Positions 13,301-23,820 of a stretch of DNA of 64,000 nucleotides are shown one piece after another. The position numbers were made by a program, and so were the translations under genes. Source of the DNA: Monocercomonoides exilis PA203 (lineage: Eukaryota > Protista > Preaxostyla); the NCBI GenBank assembly GCA_001643675.2, contig LSRY02000005.1, positions 1,302,001-1,366,000 on the forward strand, read 5' to 3'. Under the pieces are notes generated by a model, which saw only the letters and a program-made list of their open reading frames with translations, made no database searches and was not told where the DNA came from. Position 1 is the first letter of the stretch. Each line of letters begins with the position of its first letter.

Positions 13301-14332
13301 CCGTTCGCTTTTGATGAACCAGTGGCAATTGAAATCAATGCAGATGAGCACACAGCTGCATTCTATATTAAAAAACGAAGGCAATCTATTTATATAAGTA
13401 ATATTCCAGAAAATGTTTGCTTTGCTGTTGGACTTGGAGGCTTTTGGCAGAGTGCTCAGCTCGATGTGCTCGAATATTTCATTCAAGAAACTGAAAAATC
13501 GAACAAGCTTGACACAAAAATCCGATGGGCGAATGATCCACAAGTTGCATCAGCATCAGCATCAGCTTCATTCTTTTCTTCTTTTTTTCCTCCTCCATCA
13601 TCCTCTTCCTCTTCTCCTTCTCCTTCTTCTTCTTCTCCATCTTCCTCTTCCTCTTCCTCCTCTTCTTCCTCTTCCTCTGCTTCTTCTTCTTCTCTTTCTT
13701 CAATTTCTTTGCAACGTCAGATGCTGGCATGCACCCCTCCTTCTGCAATAAGTTTTACTCGGCAATCTGATTCTGACTCACATGTTACAAGCGTGAAATT
13801 CGGTTTTTCTTCATCAGAAACTCCGAATTACATTTGTGTTGAAGGAAATAAAGTTAGTTGGATAGAAAATGATGGTGCAACAGTTTTGACAGGAAGTGCT
13901 ATTTCTTCTGGTTGCTGGAGATTTGTGATAAAGACGCATGGAATGCTGTCTGAGGGGTGTTTGTGGATTCCTGTGATTGGCATATGCGAAGGGGATTGGA
14001 AGCAAAAATATAGTTTCTGTTTAGGAGCTGACGATAAATCCATTGCGTGGTATGCAAATGAGGGTGTTGCACACAGAGGAAAGTTTAATCAATTTATCGG
14101 ATGTTGGAAGGATGAGAACGAAGTCGGGTTGGAAGTGGATATGGCTTCGAGAACGCTCACTTTTTCTGTCGATGGAGTCAAAGAGCCTGTTGTTTACAAA
14201 GAAATTCCACGCCCGCTAAGATTCGGCGTTGGTGGAGGTGCAAAGGGAGGATGGGTTGAAATAGTGCAGTGCGAACCAGTAACTGCAACTTCAATTTCCG
14301 AAGCAGAGATAAAAAACATTATTGTCTGGTAG
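10312..14332 (+). CDS. NEK-like Ser/Thr kinase with four C-terminal SPRY/B30.2-like repeats
   Basis: ATG at 10312; introns at 10355-10414, ~10917-11071, 11295-~11356 and probably 11476-11565. Kinase motifs IGRGSYGEV, ALKRM, MEYC, VHRDLKACN, DFG, YASPE and SDIFSLG. Four repeats of the pattern GxW-(R/H)...GxDxxS...(I/V)xxE(V/I)DM...F...(I/L)P. Confidence 0.88.
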
Positions 14333-15458
14333 ATAATTCTGATGGACTAGATGAGCTAATTTCTCTTGCTAAGAAGCCTTTTGCTTTGTAACAATTAATT
14401 TTTCAGTATGGATTACATACTATTTAAGCTAAATCTCATTTTCAGCTCGAGCCATACTTTCCAAATAAACCGGAATAGCCATTAAAAGCAAGAAAAGAGA
14501 GAAGATTGCAATGCAGAATGAGCGCATTTTGAATCTTGGATTTTATAATGATAATTGATGAATTGTGAAATTACACAGTAACTTTTTTAAAATGGATGGA
14601 AATATTTTTTTCTCCTGTCAAAAATGGACAAGTCGACCATTTCCTCTCTTATCTGCTTTTTTATCGAGCGAACTTTAAGCGAATTTTTTTGAGTTCAAAG
14701 ATATTTTTCTTGTTTTCATTTTGACAAGCAATTTTTTGTTCAAGCATTTTTCAAAATAAGCAAATCTGTCAAAGACTGATAGTGTTTTTATTCAGTTATT
14801 CGCTTTCAAAACCTTATATTTATAACAACGAAAAATCACAAACTCAGAAGAAACAAATTTTAATGATTAAAAATCAATGGTGTTTGAAAAATTATGATTA
14901 TAAAGCATATCAGAGATATCGTGCACAAATGAAAAAATTCAACATTCTGGAATTACACATTTGGATGGAAAAACAGAACAAAAAAGAGATAACCAGAGGC
15001 AATTCTCACAAAGTGGTGCTTTAAACAGGTGATGATATTTATAACTGAAAAGAAAAATCTTGTAAAATAACAATGGATGAAACAAAAAAGCTTTGAATGT
15101 GCTTAAAAGCACAATTAACATAAAACTTGAAAATTGAATACACAGAAGAATATTTGACTCATTATAATTGATTTGCAATAACAGAAAACGTGAAATGCAA
15201 ATGTATGAATGAATAAAAAAAGTCAATATAAAGATACAAACATTTGAATTACAAGTATCGGCGATACTCAAACCACGCACAATACATTTCTAACATTGAG
15301 CGAATCCCTTTGATCAATTTCCCACACAAACTCCTTCAGCCAGGACAACTCTTCAATTTCAATTTTCATTTCCCCATTTCGCAGTTCCCCTTCAAACTCT
15401 TCTCCCCATCACCCACATACGCTTTCCAGGCAGCCACCTCCCATCCCACTCCACTGCT

Positions 15459-18400
15459 TCACGTTGCAAAGTCAATTGCATCTGACACCGTCATAACCAC
15501 TGCCTCTTTCGGGAAGTGCTGAATGAACACCCTCTTCAGCTCAACAACACTCAGTCTGGCTTCGCTTTCCCCTGCCCAGCAACCCTCCACTGCTTCTGCA
15601 AGATCCGACTCCATCACACCATCCACACTCGGCCTCTCCCCATTCACAATCTTCTGCCCTGCCACCTCTCCCTCATAATCGCCAAACGGGATCTGTAATG
15701 TCAAGCACTCCCACAGCATCATCCCGATTGAGAACACAACAGATTCCTTTGTTGCTTCCTTGTTCTTGTTCATCAGCAGCTCTGGTGCCTTCCACCGCAT
15801 GCACTCATATCGATTGTCCTCGTTATCCTCAAACGCTGATGAAGGCAGAGAGTTTCCATCATCATCACTCACAGTCGAGCAGTCAGACGAGCACGAAAAC
15901 ACAGATGATGAATCTGAACTATCATCAGAAGAACAGTCTGAATGCATCGCAATGCAGATCACCATATGCTCTGAGAACAATACAATGTGTGGGCTGAGAT
16001 TTGAAAGTGACTGAAGTGGATTTTCCATTTCATCAAATGAGTGAAGGGCGAGATTAGCCACCCAGAACAGGATTTGGGCAGCTGTTTGCTCCCTCTCCTT
16101 TAACGAGCCAATCGCCATCTCCTTTTTCTCATTCCTTCCATGAAGCAACATGAACAATGAATCCCTCAGATCCACAATCAGCTTTTCATGAGGGGATGAG
16201 CAGGCCATTGCATCCACCAGATTCGACATCGATGAAGTGGTTGGACACATACTCTCTGGCCGGATAAAAGTTGAATCTGAATCAGTTGAACATGTCGAAG
16301 ATATTGATGGCGATGGTGTTCTCTTTCTTGTTTCATCATCATCTTCTTCTTTCTCATCCACCTTTTCCAACATCCATTGTGGAATCTTGTCTGAATCCCT
16401 TCCCAATATATATTCAGTTGAGCCACTCTCGGAGAGAAGATGCTCTGATGACTCTGAATGTCCCAAGCTTTTCTCATACACTCTCTTCTTAAACCTCTCA
16501 TCGTTCTTTTTCTCCGCCTCCCTTTCTGCTCTCCTCCATTGCGCTTCAGGTGACATCTCCATCGTCACCATCTCAATCAGCTTCGGATCTTTTTTCACTG
16601 TATCATTCACAATCTCTTCCAATTCTTCTGTTCTTCTCTCCGACTTTCTCCATCTTACAGCCAAAACAACAATGACTACAAGCAGTATTATACAAACAAT
16701 GCACACAATTACTACAATTATAGGCCATATCGATTTTCCTTCTTTTCCTCCTTCAACAATTCTTTCATCTCCTTTTGGCTCAATCTCACTTCTGTTCTTC
16801 AGAATAAATGAATCTGTTGAGGCTGGAGATTCAGACCTTCCAAATAAGATTTTCACAGACACTTCTGTTTCCTCAGACACAGTTGTAACAATTGAGGCTG
16901 GAATGGCTGTGTGAATCTCTGTTTCGCCTGCAAACTCTTCTGCTTGCAGCGGATACACCTGCAGATTGTGAACTGAGCCATCGAAGGAATCTACCTGGAG
17001 GGACAAGCCACAGGGCAGGAGCAAGGAACCAGCAAGATCAATCGCAAGAGTGTTGCCTTGTTGGTGAGACTTCACTGAAGCCAGCTGCGGAATGAAGAAC
17101 GGAGAGACTCTTTCTGAAGCAATTCCAGAAAGATTACATCCCAAGTTCAAAACCCAAAGTGATGAGCTCTCTTTTAAGCCATCTCCGCCTTTCAGACTTT
17201 GAATGTTCAGCAGCGCATGGTCTGAGCAGACGATGTTGTTCCTCATGGACGGATAGCCTGCTGCATTTGGGCTGTTGTTGGCAAACAATCCAAATTGAAT
17301 GGAAATGCTTCCGCCTGACACAGACAGCCCTCCTTTCGATGAGTTGGCAACACTTGTGTCTATAATCCTTCCTGTGCAATTCTGAAGATCAACCATCGAT
17401 CCGCTCCACTGGCACAGCTCTTCTGATCGCTCGTCGTTCGCTCTCAACTCTGCCTCGCTTGCTGCTCCTTCGAACACACACGAAGACATGCAAGCATCTG
17501 CCAAATCTGCCAACGCTGCAATGCTCCCTTTTTCAGATGGCGAAGCACACTTTTTGTTCGAGCAGTTCTCCAATTCCAGCAACAAAGATGAAGACGAAGC
17601 AGCCAAGCAGCACGGGCCAAGCGAATCTCGGGTTATGTTTTGGAATGAAGACTGCTTCAAATGGAAGGCAGAAGCATTCGATGTTACGCTCACTGCACAC
17701 CCATCCCCAAGCACTGTGTTTGAAACAACCAAGAAATTCATTTCAACATCTGAATCTTGGCATTCAACAGAAACCAACGATTCACTTGAAGCGCGAGTAT
17801 CATCGAATTCCAAATGAATGCCCTGGATGTTTGAACGACCTCCCGAACCATCTGAGGAAAGCACAATCATGTTTGATCCGCTCTGAGTGCCTCTCATCTG
17901 AATGTTCTGGAGCTGGCAGTCTTTGCAGTTGCGAAGAATGAGGCCTGATCGCTGAGCGCTGCAATTGGATGCATGCACCTGCTGCATGGACAGCTTTGCC
18001 AGATCGTGGAAATCCATCAGCACTCCAGAAATAACATCTGTGAAATTCAGAAATGCACACGAGAAATATTCCCCACGACTTGCTGCCAGGCATGAAGAAC
18101 TGAGACAGAGTCCAGCAAAAGCGCAGTCAGACATCGTCAATCTTCCACCGCTCATTTCAACAATCGAGCAATTCAGTTCAATTCCAGATCCTCCACCAGA
18201 AGCTTCTTGAGCAAAGATTGTGTCTGCAATCGACAAGTTGCCATCAGCAAGCGATATTAAGCTGGAATGAGAAGAAGAAAAAGCACCCCCAAACAGAATC
18301 GTCAGAAACTCCACTTTCACTCTTGACAAACATGCAACAAGACTGCCTGTCTTGCTCTCGATACAGCAGTTCAGGTGGAGCACCCCTTTGTCGCTTTCTT

Positions 18401-21400
18401 GCTCCAGCGACTTGATCGTCACATCGCGTGCACTTGCTTCGCCAGATACCAGGGCGCTTTTGTCGATGAGCAAATTGCTGTAAGCAGAGGGAATGATGTG
18501 TGACAAAGCAACATTCAACGAAGAACATGGCCCGCTGATTGCACCACACTGGCGCGTGTCAGAGGCGTTGTCAGCTGAAGAAGACGCAAATATTGTCTCG
18601 CTCTGATACCCAACAATCAGCTCCAACAAATCTTCCTCGTCATAATAATTCTGTGCTGTGCATCCCCACATCGCAAGATCCCGAACAAACGGAGGTCTGA
18701 AGTCGAGCTGGAAGAGCTCAATGCTGATTTGAGATCTGATATTTGTGCATCTCACATACAGGTCTCGTCCTGTGAGCGCCTTGTTGTTCATGAAAGTTGT
18801 GTTTTCCAAGAGGAACGGCAAAGGACCATCGCTCGCGATCGATGAGCAATCCAGGAATATTGCGCCTCCTCTTCCGCTTTCTGAGCAGAAACACTCCGAG
18901 ATAGCAGAAAAACGGCACTCGAAAATGCCTCCTTCGCTCAGGCTCATGATCAGTCCTCCACCTTTCTCGCTTTGGCTGCTTCCACAGTTCTTCATCGATG
19001 TGTTTTGCACAGACACGCTGCAAGGCTCGCTGCCAGTGCAGCTGATGATGGAGGGCTCAGATGGAGCATTTTGGAGAAGCGAATGGAGCGTGCAGCATTT
19101 CAGTTGCACTGTTGGACTGCCACCTTCATTCAATCTCTGCGACTCGCCTCTCCACTCGGCCTGTGCCAACACTGCCACAAGGCTTTTGCCCATCAGTTCC
19201 ATGCTGCTCATCGAGACATTCGTCAAGTCAATGCTGCTCTCATGAGATGCCATCAGAATGTGACTTTTGCACTTGATGGATTGGAACGAGCAGAATGATA
19301 TTTCGCATGCTCCTGACAAGCAGGCAACAACACAATAAGGAATGGCTGCCTCAGAAGCGCTGGCAAACGAGCAGCTTTGAGCTGCAAAAGCGCTGCCAGC
19401 TGTGCTTATCAGCTTCGTCTGCTTCCATTCAGATCCATCCCCGCAGCAGATCTCAATGTTAATGAGGGCGCATGTGCCGGTGTTTGTCAGCACAGAATCG
19501 CTTTCTTCTTCCTTTCCTGCCTGAGGTGAGATGGCTGCTCCAAAAGTCAGAGAAGGGCGAGACTTTGAGTCAACTGAAGTTACGGTGACGTTTGAAATAT
19601 CGACCTCGCTGTTCACCTGAGCTTCATCGACGATCAGAAAAGTGTTCATGGGAGGTTGCGCTGGCTCTTCCAAAGCACGAAAATGGTTCTGCCCAAACTC
19701 CATTGTTGCACACGGCTCTTCTGCACTCCCACACCGCAGAACATCCCACCCACTGTTCTTGCTGAGATGGATTTCTTGAGAAGCATATCCAATCAGAAAT
19801 CGGCAAAGATCAAAGTTTGTCTTCGTGCTGTCGTTCCCCACAAACAGATTTTTATCTCCCGCTGTCTTGCTGACTTCAAACGCCAATGTCTGCTTTGTGA
19901 TGGAAACATTCAGGTCTGATGAAAGAAAGAACATGTTTTTCCCGTTCTTTGCAGAGCACTGATCGAAAGCCATCTGCTGGAAAGAGAATGCATTGGAAGC
20001 CGAGCAGTCGAAATAGACCCCTCCTCCTTTTCCACCTGTTTCACTTTCAGCACAGCATTTCGTGAATGTGGCGTTTTCCATCGTAAATTGCCCTTGCGCT
20101 TCAACAACAACTTTCATTGCGCCTCCCTCCATGCTCTCAGCGCCTTTCGCATTCGTGACATTCCAATGCAAACACTCAACCTGGCTTGAAATTGAGGATG
20201 AAATTAATGCAGCGCTGTTTGCATTGCCGTTGGTGATCCCTTCAAAAGAGCATTGGGAAAGAGAGATAACCTCGTCACTCGTCGCATCATCGTTCAATAG
20301 CTTGGATGTTGATGATGGTATCACATGAATCAGGGGATTATCCCCAAGGATAATTTCTTTCACTTTCAGCGAGATAACTGTCGTAGCAGCAGCGCCATTC
20401 CCTCTCACTGCAATAGGTGCTTGGCAGAGGCAGCTTGAATCAATCTGGCAGTCATCAATATTGAGTATCCCTCCACACATCTGAAACAGCCAATAACTTA
20501 TCCGGCTGGGCTCTCCCATTTGCACCCCAAATGCGCACTTTGTCAGCGACAGGTTGCTCTCAGAAGTCAAGAACATCAACGTTTCTATCTCAGCATCAAA
20601 CGAAGATGGCAATAAAAAGTGGATTAATTCGATGGGCACATTCCCCGTGGCTGCCATCACTTTTCCAGTCAGAGCATTCAGCGACTTGGCACAGGTGATT
20701 TCCGCTTTTGAGGAGTTTGATGATCTCAAGATCAAATTGTGAAGATTCATTTCGCTTTTTATTGTTGCTGATCTGATTACAGCAATCGTCTTAACATCCA
20801 ATTCTGTCAGCCTCTCCATGCAATAATCAACCGATTGGCACGGATAATCCGAGAATCCACACACCACAGTATCGGCTCCATCGTTGCTTCCCGCATGGAT
20901 TGTGCTCCCAACTTCCTCCAGAAACAGAACCAACGGAATTGAATGCTCGTGATCATTTCCATGGAACCCACGCAAATCATCAAAGGAGCCGTGTCCAAGC
21001 GCATAAGCAAAAGGAAGCGTTTCGTTCGTGATCGATTCCTTCAGGTCTGGCGATTGAACAAACAAGTCGTTTCCATGCTTCGCTTTATTCGGATTTTCTG
21101 ATGAAAAAGAAGGATTTGTGATGGCAAATGCGGTATCCGAGTGCTCAAGATTCAGAAAGATCCCTCCCCCGAATCCAACCTGCGAATCGAAAGGCGCCTC
21201 GCACTCTTCGAAGGAACATTCCGAAATTGTTGCTGAGCACGTGTTTAGCAGTGAGAGGAACAGCGCCCCACCTCCATTTCCATCACCAGAAACAACACAA
21301 TGCTCAAAGGTGCATCCGCTTATTGAAGCACTGCAGCCATCCTCTGATCTTTCGCTCCACACTGCTTTCAGGCATCCTCCATTCTGCTCGCTCTCAACAT

Positions 21401-23630
21401 CCCAGAATGAAGCATTGGCAAGGGAAATAGTCTTGCAATCCGACAAAGCAATTGCACAGCCTTGCGAAAATCCAAATCCAGAGACATTCACAAATTCCAT
21501 CGTCAATGAACCTTCGTCAACCTGAATCAGGGATTTTGTTGATGGCGGAGTCGATTGGGCGCTTTTGGTGAAACTGCACAGCTCCAACTGAACTGAGTCT
21601 GAGGAGCCAATTGCAATCGCAGATCGATTGAACACACAAACAAATTGAATCCACTTTGCATTCAGTGAACCATTGCCAATGGAGATCAAGCAGTCATTTG
21701 ACGAGGCTTCGTTGCACTTTATTGCAGTTGAGTTGCTCTCTGTTCCAATGAGAATGATATTTCTCCAGTCGATATCAATCATGTCTTCTTTGAATTCTTC
21801 GCTGGCCATCAAAACATTCTGCCCCAAATATGAATTCCATCTTGTCACTCCATATTCCACTGTTTGGCATTCCGAGTCTGTTCCTCCACAAGTGTCCACA
21901 TTGTTTCCGGAATTGCTGATGTGTATTTCTGGCTGAGCTGTTGGCAGATATGAGTTATATTCAACAGCTCTATCTCCGCATCTCTCTGCATACTCAACGC
22001 ATTGCACAACTTTTCTTGTTGCTGTTGAAAGTGTAAAACTTTGCAATATCTGAACTGTGTTGTTTGTCAAACTAAATCCCTTTCCAATAAAAATATCTGC
22101 TGCATGTGTCGATTTATTCACTGTATTGTTTTCAAACAAACAAAATTGGATTTTGACGTTCTTGTTGTTATCATTATCGGAAACATCAAATCCTCCTGCT
22201 CCCATTGGAGCATCTCCATTTAATAAATAACAATTTGACATCACAAAATCAACTTTTTGGAGATGTAAAAATATAGTTCCAGCATAAAATCGAAATGCTT
22301 TATTGCCTTTGAATACAGTGTTGAAAATTGATCCACTTCCTCCATCAAACCATGCAACGCTTCCTCCATAAGCTGCTGAACAATTTTCAAAAGTGCAGCC
22401 AATTATCAGAGAAAATTTATTTGTAATTTGAGCAAATGCTCCTCCGATTGATCCTTTTCCCTCTCCTCTGCAACAATTAAACAATGAATTTTCAATGTTG
22501 CAGTCACTTCCATTGCTAAAAATAGCACCTCCATAACCATATGAACCATAAAATGTATCGGTGCATTCGGAAAATGTGCATTTGTCAACAGTGAGCTTCG
22601 CACTTTCATTTACAGCTATTGCTCCACCATGAACAGCACTGCATTCAGTGAAGCTGCAATCTTCAAATTTGATTTCTCCTTCTGAAAACGATTGTGCTTC
22701 ATTTGTGAAGTTCTGATGAGAAATGGTGTTTTTCGAACGAATGAAAGAAGTGTTTGATGAACCAAAACCACATCCACGAGAGCCAGAAATGAGAACACCA
22801 TAAAACGGGCAAACACAATCAGCGACCATGCAGCCTTCCATTTTGCTCTCCTGCAAAGAATGCTTTTGCGGTGGATGCTTATTGTTGCTCTGAACAGAAA
22901 TGTTGTGGAAGCTGCAAAAAGAAGCCGAGGCAAATGACAAATCTACACTGCTAATGAACGGATTCGCAAACGAGGCACAAAACGAAGAAAATGTGCAGCA
23001 CAAAACATGAACACGTCCCGTCAAAGGTTGTGTGCAGGAGCTTGCTGAGACAAGAGATGGCCATGCCTGCTTTGGAAAAGTCCTTTGGAATGAAATATTC
23101 ATCATTCTTATCGTTCCTTCTCCACAGTCAAAAGGAGATAAATCCGTCTCTGTCTCCACGCTTATGATGCAATCACTAACAGACAATGTAGACAATTCAT
23201 TTCTCACAGAAATGGCAGATGTGCATCTTTGGTCAATTTTTATTCGCTCAACGGCCAATGACGCGTTCAGAACCATCATCCTGCTGCAAATCCAGCTCCA
23301 CTCATTCTTGCCATCATTGAGTGCATCTGCAACAGAATTATGATCAAATTCCCTTTCTGTATCCACCTGCAATCGTTTTGAGCTTTTTTCTGTATTTGTC
23401 AACCAGCTTGATGAATTCAAAACCTGCAGCTCATTAGACTTCACCATATTGATTGAATTCATATTATGTGAGGAGGGCACAATTTTATTTGTTTTTTTGA
23501 TGTTTCCTAATCCTCCAATGCCATATTTCTGCAAATCGTTCTTTTTGGATTCATCTCCTTTCCAAGCGGTATCTCCTATGCATAACAGAGCGGAAATAAT
23601 TATAAAGACACTAAAACTCGCGAAAAGCAT
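15459..23630 (-). CDS. Large single-pass membrane protein (2,723 aa): signal peptide, Cys-rich beta-helix-like repeated ectodomain, TM helix, degenerate kinase-like tail
   Basis: First ATG at 23630 gives a signal peptide (MLFASFSVFIIISALLCIG). GGAI/GGGI repeats and four CGxxxx(P/E)C modules follow. TM IWPIIVVIVCIVCIILLVVIVVLAV lies at ~16656-16730, followed by RWRK. Kinase C-lobe motifs MRWKAPE, VFSIGMMLWECLTLQIPF and CW...ARLS are present, but there is no HRD or DFG. Single uninterrupted ORF. Confidence 0.88.
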   Translation of the reverse strand: MLFASFSVFIIISALLCIGDTAWKGDESKKNDLQKYGIGGLGNIKKTNKIVPSSHNMNSINMVKSNELQVLNSSSWLTNTEKSSKRLQVDTEREFDHNSVADALNDGKNEWSWICSRMMVLNASLAVERIKIDQRCTSAISVRNELSTLSVSDCIISVETETDLSPFDCGEGTIRMMNISFQRTFPKQAWPSLVSASSCTQPLTGRVHVLCCTFSSFCASFANPFISSVDLSFASASFCSFHNISVQSNNKHPPQKHSLQESKMEGCMVADCVCPFYGVLISGSRGCGFGSSNTSFIRSKNTISHQNFTNEAQSFSEGEIKFEDCSFTECSAVHGGAIAVNESAKLTVDKCTFSECTDTFYGSYGYGGAIFSNGSDCNIENSLFNCCRGEGKGSIGGAFAQITNKFSLIIGCTFENCSAAYGGSVAWFDGGSGSIFNTVFKGNKAFRFYAGTIFLHLQKVDFVMSNCYLLNGDAPMGAGGFDVSDNDNNKNVKIQFCLFENNTVNKSTHAADIFIGKGFSLTNNTVQILQSFTLSTATRKVVQCVEYAERCGDRAVEYNSYLPTAQPEIHISNSGNNVDTCGGTDSECQTVEYGVTRWNSYLGQNVLMASEEFKEDMIDIDWRNIILIGTESNSTAIKCNEASSNDCLISIGNGSLNAKWIQFVCVFNRSAIAIGSSDSVQLELCSFTKSAQSTPPSTKSLIQVDEGSLTMEFVNVSGFGFSQGCAIALSDCKTISLANASFWDVESEQNGGCLKAVWSERSEDGCSASISGCTFEHCVVSGDGNGGGALFLSLLNTCSATISECSFEECEAPFDSQVGFGGGIFLNLEHSDTAFAITNPSFSSENPNKAKHGNDLFVQSPDLKESITNETLPFAYALGHGSFDDLRGFHGNDHEHSIPLVLFLEEVGSTIHAGSNDGADTVVCGFSDYPCQSVDYCMERLTELDVKTIAVIRSATIKSEMNLHNLILRSSNSSKAEITCAKSLNALTGKVMAATGNVPIELIHFLLPSSFDAEIETLMFLTSESNLSLTKCAFGVQMGEPSRISYWLFQMCGGILNIDDCQIDSSCLCQAPIAVRGNGAAATTVISLKVKEIILGDNPLIHVIPSSTSKLLNDDATSDEVISLSQCSFEGITNGNANSAALISSSISSQVECLHWNVTNAKGAESMEGGAMKVVVEAQGQFTMENATFTKCCAESETGGKGGGVYFDCSASNAFSFQQMAFDQCSAKNGKNMFFLSSDLNVSITKQTLAFEVSKTAGDKNLFVGNDSTKTNFDLCRFLIGYASQEIHLSKNSGWDVLRCGSAEEPCATMEFGQNHFRALEEPAQPPMNTFLIVDEAQVNSEVDISNVTVTSVDSKSRPSLTFGAAISPQAGKEEESDSVLTNTGTCALINIEICCGDGSEWKQTKLISTAGSAFAAQSCSFASASEAAIPYCVVACLSGACEISFCSFQSIKCKSHILMASHESSIDLTNVSMSSMELMGKSLVAVLAQAEWRGESQRLNEGGSPTVQLKCCTLHSLLQNAPSEPSIISCTGSEPCSVSVQNTSMKNCGSSQSEKGGGLIMSLSEGGIFECRFSAISECFCSESGRGGAIFLDCSSIASDGPLPFLLENTTFMNNKALTGRDLYVRCTNIRSQISIELFQLDFRPPFVRDLAMWGCTAQNYYDEEDLLELIVGYQSETIFASSSADNASDTRQCGAISGPCSSLNVALSHIIPSAYSNLLIDKSALVSGEASARDVTIKSLEQESDKGVLHLNCCIESKTGSLVACLSRVKVEFLTILFGGAFSSSHSSLISLADGNLSIADTIFAQEASGGGSGIELNCSIVEMSGGRLTMSDCAFAGLCLSSSCLAASRGEYFSCAFLNFTDVISGVLMDFHDLAKLSMQQVHASNCSAQRSGLILRNCKDCQLQNIQMRGTQSGSNMIVLSSDGSGGRSNIQGIHLEFDDTRASSESLVSVECQDSDVEMNFLVVSNTVLGDGCAVSVTSNASAFHLKQSSFQNITRDSLGPCCLAASSSSLLLELENCSNKKCASPSEKGSIAALADLADACMSSCVFEGAASEAELRANDERSEELCQWSGSMVDLQNCTGRIIDTSVANSSKGGLSVSGGSISIQFGLFANNSPNAAGYPSMRNNIVCSDHALLNIQSLKGGDGLKESSSLWVLNLGCNLSGIASERVSPFFIPQLASVKSHQQGNTLAIDLAGSLLLPCGLSLQVDSFDGSVHNLQVYPLQAEEFAGETEIHTAIPASIVTTVSEETEVSVKILFGRSESPASTDSFILKNRSEIEPKGDERIVEGGKEGKSIWPIIVVIVCIVCIILLVVIVVLAVRWRKSERRTEELEEIVNDTVKKDPKLIEMVTMEMSPEAQWRRAEREAEKKNDERFKKRVYEKSLGHSESSEHLLSESGSTEYILGRDSDKIPQWMLEKVDEKEEDDDETRKRTPSPSISSTCSTDSDSTFIRPESMCPTTSSMSNLVDAMACSSPHEKLIVDLRDSLFMLLHGRNEKKEMAIGSLKEREQTAAQILFWVANLALHSFDEMENPLQSLSNLSPHIVLFSEHMVICIAMHSDCSSDDSSDSSSVFSCSSDCSTVSDDDGNSLPSSAFEDNEDNRYECMRWKAPELLMNKNKEATKESVVFSIGMMLWECLTLQIPFGDYEGEVAGQKIVNGERPSVDGVMESDLAEAVEGCWAGESEARLSVVELKRVFIQHFPKEAVVMTVSDAIDFAT

Positions 23631-23789
23631 GGTTCCTGCTCTTCCTCTAAAACACAAAACAATGTTAAATTTCGAATTTAAATTTATTTTGAGTTTGGAT
23701 CAATAATTTAATTTTGATGTTTGAAATGAAAATTTTTTTCATTCTTGGAAAGATTTCATATTCCAAAATAGTTTAATGAGAATGAAAAC

Positions 23790-23820
23790 GGCATTAGTCG
23801 ATTAGATCGACACCCAAAAA
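23790..23820 (+). repeat. Left terminal inverted repeat
   Basis: Starts GG and contains the palindrome GTCGAT-TAG-ATCGAC. A partial copy, TAGATCGACAC, lies at 24031-24041. Confidence 0.9.

Noticed and set aside
14333-15458. Short ORFs and a small hairpin (AAATGG...CCATTT, ~14622-14642) in the intergenic region
   Set aside because: AT-rich, with no motifs and no consistent splice structure; expected by chance.
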